Positions 19,287 through 30,235 are shown, counted from the stretch's first letter. The stretch: DNA of 64,000 bases from an uncultured Chloroflexia bacterium (GCA_963734535.1 CAVTHS010000011.1:146894-210893); one strand, 5' to 3'. The notes: generated by a model not told the origin, from the letters alone. Numbers and translations: made by a program.

Positions 19287-20471
19287 TCAGCGCGCAGGCG
19301 CCACGATCGTGATCGAGCTGCCGCGCTCCGTGGCGATCATGCTCGCGTCGAGACGGCCGCGGATGGCGCCGGCCTGCAGCGTGAATCCCTCGCCCTCGAT
19401 CCAGGCGTCCGCCCGGCCCAGCTGGCCGTCCGTGAAGATCCAGTACTCGAGCTCGCCCCGCCACCGGTGCAGATCGGCGTCTCCCGCGAGCCAGCGGACC
19501 TGGGGGAAGGCCCGCCGGAAGGTATCGCCGTCGATCGCCAGGCGGCAGTGCCGCGCTCGTGCGCCCTCCACGTATGCGATCCCGATCTCCTCCGCTGCGG
19601 CGCGGGCCTCCGTGTCGAGGGCCTCGCGAAGGACGGCCAGATCGATCGATTCGTCCTCGACGGCCGATCCGGGCACGCTGCCCCAGGAGCCGCCGGGCTC
19701 GCGCAGCCATCCCTGCGTCGCCACGAGCGCGGCCCCACCGAGCCCGAGCGCCCGGACGGTCGCGACCTCGGACGTCCACGAGAAGTCGAGGCCCGCCCGC
19801 GCGCCGCGGACCCGGGCCCCACCTATCGGGCGCAGGTCGATGGAGCCGCTCAGCGTCAGCGAGAGCCGGGCGCTGCTCCCGGCGGTGATGAGCGCGTCAC
19901 AGGTCGGCGGAAGCAGGCTCGGATCGGTGGGTCCGAACTGGGACGACCCCGCGGGCTTCCCGGCGAGGGCCAGGTTGTTCCCGACCGCGACGGACGCCAG
20001 CAGGCTCGCGGTGAAGAGGGCGGTCCCGAGCCCGGCGCCCAGTGATGCCGCCAGCCTGGGCCGACGCGGCGCGCCCGGCCCGAAGACCCGCCTGGCGACG
20101 CCAAGGGCCGCGAAGAGCGAGGTCCCGAGGATCGCCAGGACCCACGGGTAGCCGGCCTCCAGCGATGGAACGAGCGTCTGGAGGCCGGCATCCGCGATCT
20201 GGCGCCAGAGGCTGGCCAGCGAGGGCAGGAGGACCAGGCCCGTTCCCACCGCGAGGCCCCCGATCAGGCGGAACGACTGCGCCCCGTGAGCGGCGGGTGG
20301 CCACACCACCGCCGCCGACGCGATCCCGACCGGCACGAGCAGGGCGACGCCCACGAGGAGGTCGGCGGGTCCGCCGGGCCGGTAGGCCGCCAGGACGAGG
20401 AGGCTCGTGGCGGCCCACAGGGCGGTGAGGCTCGCCGCGAGCAGCCGCATCTCGAAGACCCGGGCGCGCAC
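19287..20471 (-). CDS. Hypothetical multi-TM membrane protein with soluble C-terminal domain
   Basis: About five hydrophobic helices; GTG start 7 nt after TAGACT. Confidence 0.65.
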   Translation of the reverse strand: MRARVFEMRLLAASLTALWAATSLLVLAAYRPGGPADLLVGVALLVPVGIASAAVVWPPAAHGAQSFRLIGGLAVGTGLVLLPSLASLWRQIADAGLQTLVPSLEAGYPWVLAILGTSLFAALGVARRVFGPGAPRRPRLAASLGAGLGTALFTASLLASVAVGNNLALAGKPAGSSQFGPTDPSLLPPTCDALITAGSSARLSLTLSGSIDLRPIGGARVRGARAGLDFSWTSEVATVRALGLGGAALVATQGWLREPGGSWGSVPGSAVEDESIDLAVLREALDTEARAAAEEIGIAYVEGARARHCRLAIDGDTFRRAFPQVRWLAGDADLHRWRGELEYWIFTDGQLGRADAWIEGEGFTLQAGAIRGRLDASMIATERGSSITIVAPAR

Positions 20472-20597
20472 GTCCCCGAGTCTAGCCGAGCATTCACCCG
20501 GCGACGCTCCCGGTAGGACGGCGGGCGCTCCGGAGGGGGCGCTCCGGAGGGGTCGGCCGCTCGGGTACACTCTCGCCGGTCCCGACACGGAGGAGAT

Positions 20598-21612
20598 GTG
20601 CGTACCATGCGAACCTCATTCCGCCCCGCAGTGGCTCTCGCGCTCGTGGGCGCGCTGGTCGCCGCCTGTTCCGGCGCGGCGACGCCAACGCCCGCCCCAT
20701 CCGCCGCCCCGTCGGTGGCGCCCTCGGTCGCCGCGTCGGCGGCCGCCTCCCCGAGCGAGGCGGTCGCGCCGAGCCCGAGCCCGAGCCCGTCGCCTGACCC
20801 ATGTGCGCCGGCCAATCTGAAGCTCGTCACAGCCGGCACGCTGACGATCGGCACCGACAACCCCGCCTACCCGCCGTACTATGCCGTTCCCGCGACCGGG
20901 AACGCGCCCAAGCCGTGGCAGCTCGGCGATCCCACGAACGGCCAGGGCTTCGAGAGCGCCTTCGCCTACGCGCTGGCGGCCAAGCTCGGCTTCGCGAAGG
21001 ACAAGGTCACCTGGATCGTGGTGCCCTTCGACTCTTCGTACGCCCCCGGCGCCAAGAAGTTCGACCTCGACATCAACCAGGTCTCCTACACGCCCGAGCG
21101 CGCCACCGCTGTCGACCTGTCGGACGGCTACTACTTCCTGTCGCAGTCGGTCGTCGCCCTCAAGACCAACCCGATCGTGAAGGTGACCTCGATCGCGGCC
21201 CTCACGGCATACAAGTTCGGGGCGCAGCAGGGCACCACGAGCTACGACACGATCCAGAACGTGATCAAGCCGACCGCCAAGACGTCCGTCTACTCGTCGA
21301 ACGACGACGCGATCTCGGCGCTCAAGGCCAAGCAGATCGACGCCATCGTGGTGGACCTGCCGACCGCCTTCTACGTCACGGCCGCCCAGATCACGGACGC
21401 CAAGGGCAACGCCCTGGCGAACATCGTGGGCCAGTTCCCGGTCCAGGCCGGGGCGGCCGCCGAGCACTTCAGCGCCGTGCTCGCGAAGGGCAGCCCGCTC
21501 ACCGCGCTGCGTCAACGGGGCGATCGCGGCAATGAAGGCCGATGGGTCGCTGGACCAGGTCACGAAGGAGTGGCTCTCGGACAAGGCGTCGGCACCGATC
21601 TTCGCCCCGTAG
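20598..21612 (+). CDS. Polar amino-acid ABC transporter substrate-binding lipoprotein (frameshift near 21507)
   Basis: Lipobox LVAAC; GTDNPAYPP, FDLDINQVS and GAQQGTT; the true C-terminus DGSLDQVTKEWL..FAP* lies in another frame. Confidence 0.88.
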
Positions 21613-21633
21613 CGGTCGTCGTTCCCGACCTCG

Positions 21634-22515
21634 ATGTCGCATCTCGGCGGCCCACTCGATACCAGCGGCATGCTCGCCGTCGGTCCACCGGGTGGGCCGC
21701 TCCGCGCCCGGGGCCGCCCGCGAACGGCGCTCCGCTCCACGCTGGTCGCGCTCGTCAGCACCGTCGTGGTCTTCGGGATCCTGGTCTGGATCACCGTCAA
21801 CGCGCCCGGCTGGGCCGAGGTCCAGGTCTCGTTCTTCAACGCGACCGTGTTCACGAACGCCTTCCCGGACATCGTGGCGGCCTTCTGGCTCAACATCCAG
21901 CTGTTCGCGATCGCCGAGGTGCTGATCCTCGTCCTCGCGCTGGTGCTGGCCGTCTTTCGCAGCCTTCCGGGACCGGTCTTCTTCCCGCTCCGGTTCCTGG
22001 CCACGATCTACGCCGACATCTTCCGGGCGGTGCCGGGCGTCCTGGTCATCTACATCCTCGGTTTCGGGATCCCCGGCCTCGGGCTGCCGGGCATCCCCAC
22101 CGACCCCTTCCCGTACGCCGTGATCGCTCTGACGCTGATCTACTCGGCCTACGTGTCGGAGGTCTACCGGGCGGGGATCGAGTCGGTCCACCCCAGCCAG
22201 GAGGCCGCCGCGCGGTCGCTCGGGCTCACGCGGCTCCAGGCGCTCCGCTACGTGATCCTCCCGCAGGCGGTCCGGCGCGTGATCCCGCCGCTCCTCAACG
22301 ACTTCATCGGCCTCCAGAAGGACACCGTGCTCGTCTCGTACATCGGGGTCGTGGAGATCTTCCGCCAGTCCCAGATCACGCAGCAGGCGAGGTTCAACTA
22401 CACGCCGTACATGGCGACGGCGCTCGTCTTCATCGCGGTCACGATCCCGCTGGCGCGCCTGACCGACATCCTCGTGTCGCGCGACCGGCGGCGGGCCGCG
22501 GCGAGCGCCCGTTGA
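21634..22515 (+). CDS. Amino-acid ABC transporter permease
   Basis: AYVSEVYRAG, EAA loop QEAAARSLG, and LPQAVRRVIPPLLNDFIGLQKDT. Confidence 0.92.
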   Translation: MSHLGGPLDTSGMLAVGPPGGPLRARGRPRTALRSTLVALVSTVVVFGILVWITVNAPGWAEVQVSFFNATVFTNAFPDIVAAFWLNIQLFAIAEVLILVLALVLAVFRSLPGPVFFPLRFLATIYADIFRAVPGVLVIYILGFGIPGLGLPGIPTDPFPYAVIALTLIYSAYVSEVYRAGIESVHPSQEAAARSLGLTRLQALRYVILPQAVRRVIPPLLNDFIGLQKDTVLVSYIGVVEIFRQSQITQQARFNYTPYMATALVFIAVTIPLARLTDILVSRDRRRAAASAR

Positions 22516-23300
22516 CCGGCGGGGCAGGGAGTCCGGGCACGGGGCCGGCAGCCGGGACGCCGGCACTGGTCGTGGAAGGCGTCCACAAGTCGTTCGGGCA
22601 CCTGGAGGTCCTCGCGGGGATCGACATGACGGTTGCCCAGCACGAGGTTGTCTGCCTGATCGGCGCCTCGGGGAGCGGGAAGTCCACCCTCCTGCGCTGT
22701 GTCAACCTGCTCGAGCCGATCGACGCGGGGCGGATCGTGGTGGCCGGCGAGGACATCTGCGCGCCCGGCGTGGATGTCAACCGGGTCCGGCGCCGGATCG
22801 GGATCGTCTTCCAGGCCTTCAACCTGTTCCCCCACATGAGCGTCCTCGACAACGTCACCCTCGCGCCGCGCAAGGTCCTGCACCTCGCGCCGGCCGAGGC
22901 CGCGGCCCGGGCGCTCGCGCTCCTGGAGCGCTTCGGGCTCGCCGACAAGCAGCGCGAGTTCCCCGACCGGCTCTCGGGCGGCCAGCAGCAGCGCGTCGCG
23001 ATCGTGCGGGCGCTCGCCATGGAGCCCGGGCTCCTGCTCCTCGACGAGGTGACCAGCGCCCTCGACCCCGAGCTCGTGGCGGAGGTCCTGGCCGTGATCC
23101 GGGAGCTGGCGCGGGGCGGGATGACGATGCTCATCGCGACGCACGAGATGGGATTCGCGCGCGACATCGCCAACCGGGTCTGCTTCCTCGACGCGGGCCG
23201 GATCCTCGAGGACGGGCCGCCCGAGCAGATGTTCCGGGCGCCGCGCGCCGAGCGGACGCAGCGCTTCCTCCAGCGGGTCATGGAGGCGGGTCGGCTGTAG
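22512..23300 (+). CDS. Amino-acid ABC transporter ATP-binding protein (GlnQ family)
   Basis: GASGSGKST, LSGGQQQR, DEVTSALDPE and THEMGF; TTGA overlap with the permease. Confidence 0.92.
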   Translation: MTGGAGSPGTGPAAGTPALVVEGVHKSFGHLEVLAGIDMTVAQHEVVCLIGASGSGKSTLLRCVNLLEPIDAGRIVVAGEDICAPGVDVNRVRRRIGIVFQAFNLFPHMSVLDNVTLAPRKVLHLAPAEAAARALALLERFGLADKQREFPDRLSGGQQQRVAIVRALAMEPGLLLLDEVTSALDPELVAEVLAVIRELARGGMTMLIATHEMGFARDIANRVCFLDAGRILEDGPPEQMFRAPRAERTQRFLQRVMEAGRL

Positions 23301-23367
23301 GGCAGCCCCGGCCGGCGCGACCCACCTCGCGATCCCGGCCGGCCCCGGGGCTCGCCGGACCGGGCGA

Positions 23368-24492
23368 TCAGGGAGCTGCGACGCCCAGGAGCTCGGAAAG
23401 CGAGACGACCCGCAGGCCGTTGGCGGCCAGCCCGTCCAGGATCGATGGCAGCGCTTCGAGCGTGTGCGTGCCCCCCAGCGCCAGGCGGACGATGGACCCA
23501 CCGGCCGCGCGTGAGACCACCCTGGCCGTGATGTCGGCGGCGATCGGGCCACCGGCGGCGGGCGTGGTCCCATCGCCCGGGTCGACGTCCGCGCCGATCA
23601 CCCACCTCCAGCCGGTCGAGCCGATGACGCCGAGGCCAGCCGCGTCCAGGGCGCCCGGGACCCGAAGCCAGGGCGCGGTCGAGTGGCCGAGGAGCGGGAC
23701 CAGGCGCGCATCGGCGGCCCGAACGGCCGTGTCCCAGGAGGCGCCCGGACCGGGGGGCGACGGCAGGAGGCCGGGCGTGATGCCGGCCGGCGCCGCCGCG
23801 AGGCGCCCAAGGACTGCCTGCCCCGTCGCGTCGGCCGGATCCGCCGCTGCCGGAGCCACGAAGACGGTGGCGGCCACGCCCCTCGCGACGAGCCACTGGA
23901 GCAGGGCATCCGGGCCGGTCGCAGTCGTCGCGCCCGCGCCCGGTCCACCGAAATACTCGAATGTCAGCGCCACGGTATCGCTGCCGCGGGGCGCGTGGGC
24001 CACGAGGATCGCGCTCCCATCGGCCGGGAGCACCGGGAACGGCTCCAGGCTGCCCACGGGCACGGACGGGATTGCGGCAGGTGGCGGGTTCTCCGGGTCG
24101 ACAACCTGGCCCGGCACGTAGTCGAGCCGCCAGCCGGTCTCGATCCGGTTCGGCGCGTAGGCGCGGGACTCGGGGTCGAGCGTCGGGTAGCGGGCCCGGT
24201 TCCAGTACGCGAGGCTTTCGACGGTCGTGCCGAAGCGGTCGGCGAGCGCGGCAAGCGTGTCGCCGGCCCGCACGACGTATGCGGTGAGCGTCGGCGCCGG
24301 GGCCGGCGTGGGCCGGTACGGCCGGTTCGCACCTGGTGCCGGCGATCCGGACGGCGCCGCCGAGGCGGCGGCCGACCCGGGCGGGGCGATCGGGGTCGAG
24401 GCGACAGGTGCCGCGCAGCCCGTCAGCACGATCGCGACGGCGACGAGCACCGCTGTCGACCGTGCGGCGGCGCGCGGTCGGCGACCCGGCAT
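23368..24492 (-). CDS. Lipoprotein with LysM domain and degenerate NodB polysaccharide deacetylase domain
   Basis: Lipobox LTGC; LysM YVVRAGDTL..LAYWN; NodB fold motifs VALTFE, ATVFV and GSIV; TACCAT 6 nt before the ATG. Confidence 0.78.
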   Translation of the reverse strand: MPGRRPRAAARSTAVLVAVAIVLTGCAAPVASTPIAPPGSAAASAAPSGSPAPGANRPYRPTPAPAPTLTAYVVRAGDTLAALADRFGTTVESLAYWNRARYPTLDPESRAYAPNRIETGWRLDYVPGQVVDPENPPPAAIPSVPVGSLEPFPVLPADGSAILVAHAPRGSDTVALTFEYFGGPGAGATTATGPDALLQWLVARGVAATVFVAPAAADPADATGQAVLGRLAAAPAGITPGLLPSPPGPGASWDTAVRAADARLVPLLGHSTAPWLRVPGALDAAGLGVIGSTGWRWVIGADVDPGDGTTPAAGGPIAADITARVVSRAAGGSIVRLALGGTHTLEALPSILDGLAANGLRVVSLSELLGVAAP

Positions 24493-24523
24493 CACCCGAT
24501 GGTACGCCCGCCCCGGGGGTCCC

Positions 24524-27487
24524 TCAGCCCGGGCCCGGTGCACCGGATCCATCGGCGTCGGCTCCGACAACGTGAAGTCCGCCGCCAGCGCCAGGCCCTC
24601 TGCGGCCGTGGCGATCAGGTCGCGCCCACGTCGCTTGGCCACGAAGCACGCCCGGTCGGCCGCCAGCAGGATCTCGGCATGCGTCGTCCCGTCGGACGGA
24701 TAGGTCGCGACGCCGATCGAGGCGCTCACCAGCGGGGCCGCCATCGAGCCCCGCAAGCCGGCGGGGAAGCTCCCGGAGCACCTGGCGGATCCGGCGCGCG
24801 ACGGCCATTGCGGCCGTCGGCTCGGGGGCCGCCACGATCACGGCGAACTCGTCACCGCCATACCGGAAGACGCGGTCCGAGTCGCGGCCGGCGTCCGAGA
24901 TCGCCCGGGCGATCTGCCGCAGGAGCTCGGTGCCGGCCTCGTGGCCCATCGTCTCGTTGATCTCCTTGAAGTGGTCCAGGTCGAGCATGAGGAGCCCGAA
25001 TCGCTCGTCCGGCATCGCCGGCTCGCTGGAGCCAGGTCCGGAACGTGCCGGCGTTGAGCAGCCCGGTCACCTGGTCGGTCTGGGCTTCGATCTCCTTGAC
25101 GCGGAAGGCAGCCGCGTTGCGGAGGGCGATGGAGACCTGGCCGGCGAAGAGCTGGACGAGCTCGAAGTCATCCTCGTCGAACCGCTCCTCCGACCCGAGT
25201 CGCTCCATCGAGACGACTCCCAACGCGCCGTCCGGGCCGCGCAGCGGGACGCAGATGAGGCTGCCCTCGAGCGGCCCGGTCGTGGGAAACTGGCGCACCC
25301 TGGGGTCGAGAAGCTCGTCGCGGACGAGCTGGGGCTCGCCGTGGGCAACGACCCAGGTCGCAAGCCCTTCCTCGCCCGGCTCCCACGGCTCGAGGTAGGC
25401 GGCCGCGTGCACGCCCCGCGCCAGGACCGGCCGGAGCACCCCGGACTCCGGGGTCGAGCAGCTCGATCGAGATCGTGTCGAGCCGGACGACCGCGCTGAG
25501 GCGGTCGACGACCTGCTCGAGGATCTGCCGCGTCTCGAGCGTTCCGAGGATCGATTCGGTGGTCGCCAGGAGCGCTCGCTGGCTGGCCAGCCGTCGCTCC
25601 AGTCGCGTGGACTGCGCCCGCAGGTGCTCGCTCGTCTCGGCGTTCGCGATCGCCTGCGCGGCGAGGCTGGCGTAGATGACGAGGAGGCGCAGGTCGTCGT
25701 CGGAGAACTGGTGGAGGCCCAGCTTGGAGAGGACGATCACGCCGAGGACCTCGTCCTCGTAGACCATCGGCGCCAGCAGCATCGACTCCTCGAGGTCGTC
25801 TTGCGTGCCCGCGATCGTCTGGGCCCGATCGTCGTTGGCGGCGTCCCCCAGGTTCTGCGGCAGGTTGTTGCGAGCGACCCAGCCCGTGATCCCCTCGCCG
25901 ATCCGGATGCGGAGCAGGTCCGGCGTCTCGTCCTTGAACTCGCCGACGAGCCCGCGCATCGCCACGGGAACGAGCCAGCCGTCCGTCGCGCAGCCGGTAG
26001 ACACGGACGTTGTGGAAGGCGATGAGCGCCTCGAGCTCGTTCGAGATGGCGTCGCCGATCTCCTTCTCGGTGGTGAGGCGCGAGAGCTGCGCGCCGAGCT
26101 GCTGGATCGACTGCAGCTGCGCCGTCCAGGTGGCCATGCGCGCGAACTGCTGGGCGTTCTTCACCGCGGTGGTTGCGTGCGCCGCGAAGCCGGCGAGCGC
26201 CTCGAGCTCCTCCGGATCCCAGCGGTGCGGTCGGTCGTGGCAGATGGTGACGAGTCCCAGTGCGCCGTCGGTGCCCAGGAGCGGCGCGGCGCAGAGCGTC
26301 TCGAAACCCTCCTGGACCACCGCTGCGCGGACCGGCTGCGCCCGCGGGTCGTCCCGGTACCGTTCCGAGAAGAGCGGCCGCTGCTCGGCAAGCAGCCTCC
26401 GTGCGGGGAGCGCCGGAAGCGGAAGGTCACGCGTGGCGGCGAGGTAGCCGGCCGAGAGGCCGCGGCTGGCCTCGGCGGTCATCCGGCCGTCGGCGCCAAG
26501 GAGCGAGGCGGCCGCGCGCTCGGCCCCGAACAGGATGCGGGCGTGGTCGACGACGCCCGCGAGGATCTCGCCGATGTCGAGCGTCCCGCCGAGGTCGATC
26601 GCGATGCGGCGAAGCGCCTCGACGCGGTGGAGCCGGAGCGCCGCGTCGCCGCGCAGCCGTTCCGCATGGATCGCGATGCCGAGCGAGCGGGCAACCGCGG
26701 ACACGAACGCCGTTCGTTCCGGGGGGACCGCCGCGCCTTCGTCGGCCACGAGCAGGACGCCCCACGCATGGTCGTCCGCGTCGCGGATCGGCGCCGCCAC
26801 GCGGGATCGCAGGAGGCTCGCTGATCCTCCGAGCCAGTCCGGGCCGGCGTGACCCGTCTCGGCGACCGGGCTCTCGCCCCGCAGGGCGCGGGCGGGCAGG
26901 CCGTGTGCGTCCGAGAGCGACCCGAGCCGGTCCACGCCCGCCCCACGCGCAGTCCGCGTCACGAGCCGCCCGTCGCGGTGCTCGAGGATCGCGACGAGCC
27001 CGTGCCCCGCGCGGTCGTGCAGGTCGTCCACCGCGGCCCGCATCGCGACATCCGCGTCCGCGTCCGCGACGACGAGGTCGGCGAGCCGGGCGAGGATCGC
27101 GACGTCGGGGCGGGTGCGCGCCGCGGTCCGGTAGCCGGCGTGCGAGGAGGCGATCCGAACGGCGGCCGCCGGGTCGGCGGATGCGCGCTCCGACGGCCGC
27201 GTCCGCTGTTCGACCGTGTCGGCGCCGATCGACGGGGCCACGGGCGCGGCGGAGCTCCGGCCGAGACCGCGGCGCCCGCGGACGGGCTCGCGCTTCGTCT
27301 CCGCCTCGGCGAGGAAGCGCTGGAGGTCACCGAGCCGGTAGCGCCGGTCGCCGCGCTCGTTGATCCGCAGGAACGAGAGCCGCCCCTGGTCGCTCCACGC
27401 CCGGATCGTGTTCGGGTGCACGCCCAGGAGGCGTGCCGCCTTGGTGACCGAGAGCGTGGCGTCCACGGGACGCTTGATCGATGTCAT
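24524..27487 (-). CDS. BldC/MerR-like wHTH, 4x GAF, GGDEF diguanylate cyclase (several frameshifts)
   Basis: SVTKAARLLGVHPNTIRAWSDQG..GDRRY; four GAF-like segments over three ORFs; TDQVTGLLN, DLDHFKEIN, RDSD-5aa-GGDEF, SASIGVA and AKRRGR. Confidence 0.85.
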
Positions 27488-27527
27488 GACGTGTGGTCGC
27501 GACCTTCTCGATGGAGGATTCGTGAAG

Positions 27528-27573
27528 TTGGACGGGAGTCTGTCCGACCTGCCAAATCTTGCCAATAGGACAA
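27528..27573 (-). promoter_or_regulatory. Phased direct repeats upstream of the HTH-GGDEF gene
   Basis: TGCCAA at 27550 and 27560 (10-nt period), with related TGTCCG at 27541 and GGACAA at 27568, in an AT-enriched patch. Confidence 0.45.
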
Positions 27574-27691
27574 ACGTCACGGGCCGGCCGTCGGATTGCC
27601 GCGTCACCGCGACCGGGTCGCCCGATGGATCCTGCCCGGGCCCGGTGGAGCCGGCCGGGGGCGCCGGCGGATCGTGTCGGCGCCCCGCAGC

Positions 27692-27947
27692 TCAGGGTCG
27701 CGAGGTCAGCCGGACGTAGAGCAGCGTCGCGCCAACCGCGATGAGCCCGATCAGCGACGACCCCGGCGAGCGCGAACAGCGGATCGCCCACGAGCCCGGG
27801 CGCGGTCGAGCTGGTGCGCACGTCGCCGGTCGCGGGGCTCGCCGTCGGGTCCGCGGCGAGCACGGGGGCCGCCGCGACGAGGAGCGACGCGAGAAGCCAT
27901 CCCGCTGCGCCGAGGCAGCGGCCAGGCGCGGCCAGGATGCGGCTCAT
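27692..27947 (-). CDS. Small secreted/membrane protein (frameshift near 27757)
   Basis: Signal-like N-terminus; GDVRTSSTAPGLVGDPLFAL continues in another frame into a TM helix ..GATLLYVRLTSRP*; ATGA overlap with the upstream gene. Confidence 0.55.
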
Positions 27948-28663
27948 CCGGCCGTCCCGGCCACCAGCGCCCATCCGATCCCGACCACGAGGAGGGCCAG
28001 GCCGCCCGCGAGGCTGACGGCAGCCGCGACGGGTCGGGCCCGCGCCCCGTCCGCCAGGACGCGCATCGCCTCCTCCTGCTCGAGCGTGCAGACGACGAGC
28101 GGCCGGCCCGTCCCGCGCGTCATCCGGCATCTTCCCTCGGCGTCCGCGAGCGGCACGCCCAGGACCACCGCGTGCTCGACGGACGAGAGCTGCTCGATCC
28201 GCAGGCGGATGCTCGTGTCCGGTGCAAGCCTCGAGGTGAGCGGACCCGTGACCTCGGCGGCAGTCCCGACCGACTCCCGGACCAGGGTCACGAGGCCCTC
28301 GTCGATCGCCTCGGCGTCCACGCCGATCTCGTCGGCACCCTCGCGAAGCTGGAAGGCGACCGATTTCCGCTGCTCGTCGAGCACCCGCCAGCCGCCCCGG
28401 AGGCGGGCCTCGACCCGCCTGCGACGAAAGACGAGCGGGCGGTCGTGCTCGTCCGGGAAGACCTCGTCGGCGTCCAGCCGCCCGTCGACCCGCACGTAAC
28501 GCCGTGCCCCGGTCGAGGCCAGGCCCCGGGCCGCCGCGATGGTCACGGTCGGCGTCACGGCAAGGAGGCGCCCGACCCGGACCCGCGGCCCGTACGAGCG
28601 GAGGAGGAGGGAGCCGATCGCGAGCGCGACGATCCCGGCGGCGATCACGAGGAGGGGTGTCAC
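27944..28663 (-). CDS. Hypothetical membrane protein (N- and C-terminal TM helices)
   Basis: Two TM helices around a beta-rich soluble domain; TACCAT 8 nt before the GTG. An alternative start with an SD is at 28828. Confidence 0.65.
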   Translation of the reverse strand: MTPLLVIAAGIVALAIGSLLLRSYGPRVRVGRLLAVTPTVTIAAARGLASTGARRYVRVDGRLDADEVFPDEHDRPLVFRRRRVEARLRGGWRVLDEQRKSVAFQLREGADEIGVDAEAIDEGLVTLVRESVGTAAEVTGPLTSRLAPDTSIRLRIEQLSSVEHAVVLGVPLADAEGRCRMTRGTGRPLVVCTLEQEEAMRVLADGARARPVAAAVSLAGGLALLVVGIGWALVAGTAG

Positions 28664-28999
28664 GGGCGGGGATGGTAGCAGCCCGCGGACGGGTCGCTGT
28701 CGCCCCACGGCCACCGTCGCGCCACGGCCGTCGCGCCGGACGTCGCCGCGCCGGGCGCGAAGCGACCCGGAGGAACCTCCGCATCGCGTGGGCCTCGGCC
28801 GTGAAGCCTCCGCCGTTAGCGAGCTCATGACCCCTCCGGGTCGACATCAACGCTACCCGTCCCGATCCGAGCGGACAACGGCCGCCGTCCACGAATCGTG
28901 CCCGGCGGACGCCGATTGTCCACACTCCGTCCACAGTGGGAGCGCAACCGGGGCGCGGGCTGCGCGAGCCGGGGTCCGGCGGATCGACGCCCCGGCCCG

Positions 29000-29572
29000 T
29001 CAGGGCAGCGCGCGTCCCGTTGCCGGGTCGAGCGCCGAGACCAGGCCGGCGTAGCTCGTCAGGACCAGGCGCCCGCCGACCAGCTCGGCGTCGGCGACGA
29101 CGTCGGAGTGGCCGACGCGCCAGCGCACCTCGCCGTCCTCCTCGAGCGCAAAGGTCTCGATCTCGGCCTGGACGAGGACGTGCGACAGGCGGGACGAGCC
29201 GATGACGGCCTGGACCGGCGATCCGGACCGATGCGACCAGCGAAGCTCGCCCGTCCGGGCGACCAGCCCGTAGGTGATGAACCCGTACTTCACGACGAGC
29301 AGGCCCGCCGAGTCCCACGCGGCGCCGGCGGGAGCGTCGAAGATCGCGGAGGCGAGGCGCGCGGCCCATGCTCCGGCCGGGCTCTCGACACGGATCTCGG
29401 CGCGGCAGAGCCGCTCGAAGCCGACCCCCGCGCGGTCGCCGTACTCGAAGAGCTCGCCCCCGGCCTCGGTGAGGGCGAAGACGGCGTCGCCGCCCCCGGT
29501 GCCCGCCCAGCGGTAGCGGACCCGGAGGCCGCCGGGGTACCCGACGCTCGCCTGGCGCGGCTCCGCCGTCAC
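29000..29572 (-). CDS. Hypothetical beta-propeller-like protein
   Basis: PQQ-like motifs TGELRW, DGEVRW and LDPATG; GTGA overlap at 29569-29572 suggests a separate gene although it is in frame with YbaK here. Confidence 0.55.
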   Translation of the reverse strand: MTAEPRQASVGYPGGLRVRYRWAGTGGGDAVFALTEAGGELFEYGDRAGVGFERLCRAEIRVESPAGAWAARLASAIFDAPAGAAWDSAGLLVVKYGFITYGLVARTGELRWSHRSGSPVQAVIGSSRLSHVLVQAEIETFALEEDGEVRWRVGHSDVVADAELVGGRLVLTSYAGLVSALDPATGRALP

Positions 29573-30145
29573 GACTCGGTGCGTTGCCGGCCCCGGTGCC
29601 GGGGTCTCCGCCGAGGGACCCTCGGCGATCTCCGCGACGATCGCGTTGGTGAGCGCCCGGAGCCCGGCCGGCGAGATGGGGAACACGGAGCGATCGTGAC
29701 CTGCCGCAGCCCAGACCTCGGCGTAGCGGCCGAGATCCGGGTCCATGACGACTCGCACCGGCCGCGGGTGGCCGAGGGGCGGGATCCCACCGATCGAGAA
29801 GCCCGTCAGCTCGCGGGCCTCCCGCGCCGTCGCCCGCCGGACGCCGGCCTCGCCGGTGACTGCCGCCAGGAGCGCAAGGCTCACCCGGTTGGTCCCCGCG
29901 ACCAGGCAGATGATCGGTTCCGGGAGACCCTCGTCGCGGGGCGCCACGAACACGAGGGACTTCACGATCTGCGCCTGCCCGACGCCGAGCGCCCGGGCAG
30001 CGTCCTCGGCCGTGTGCGTCGTATCGGCGAGCTCGTGGACCTCGAGCCGCACGCCGCGCCGGGCGGCCGCATCGATCACGCGACGAACGGCGGGGTCGCT
30101 CGCGGCATCCTGGGCGGGCGCTCGTGGATCGGCGGGATCGGGCAC
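29569..30145 (-). CDS. YbaK/EbsC aminoacyl-tRNA deacylase family protein
   Basis: THTAEDAA, QIVKSLVF, TGFSIGGIPPLGH and VWAAAG; GTG 7 nt after TAGACT. Confidence 0.85.
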
Positions 30146-30235
30146 GGCCGCGAGTCTAGCATCGGCCGCGGGCGCGTCCGTCCGTCGCATCCGTCAATCG
30201 CCGCCATCGGTCGCCGACCCGCTACGATCGTGGCC

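Noticed and set aside
20598-23300. 900-aa substrate-binding protein/ATPase fusion in the ORF track
   Set aside because: An indel near 21507 causes it; the binding protein's true end and the permease are in other frames.
27550-27566. Sigma-54 promoter (TGGCA..TGGCA)
   Set aside because: The GG-to-GC spacing is 9 nt, not the required 10; treated as direct repeats instead.
29000-30190. YbaK-propeller fusion
   Set aside because: A GTGA stop/start overlap at 29569-29572 suggests two coupled genes joined by an indel. Not fully excluded.
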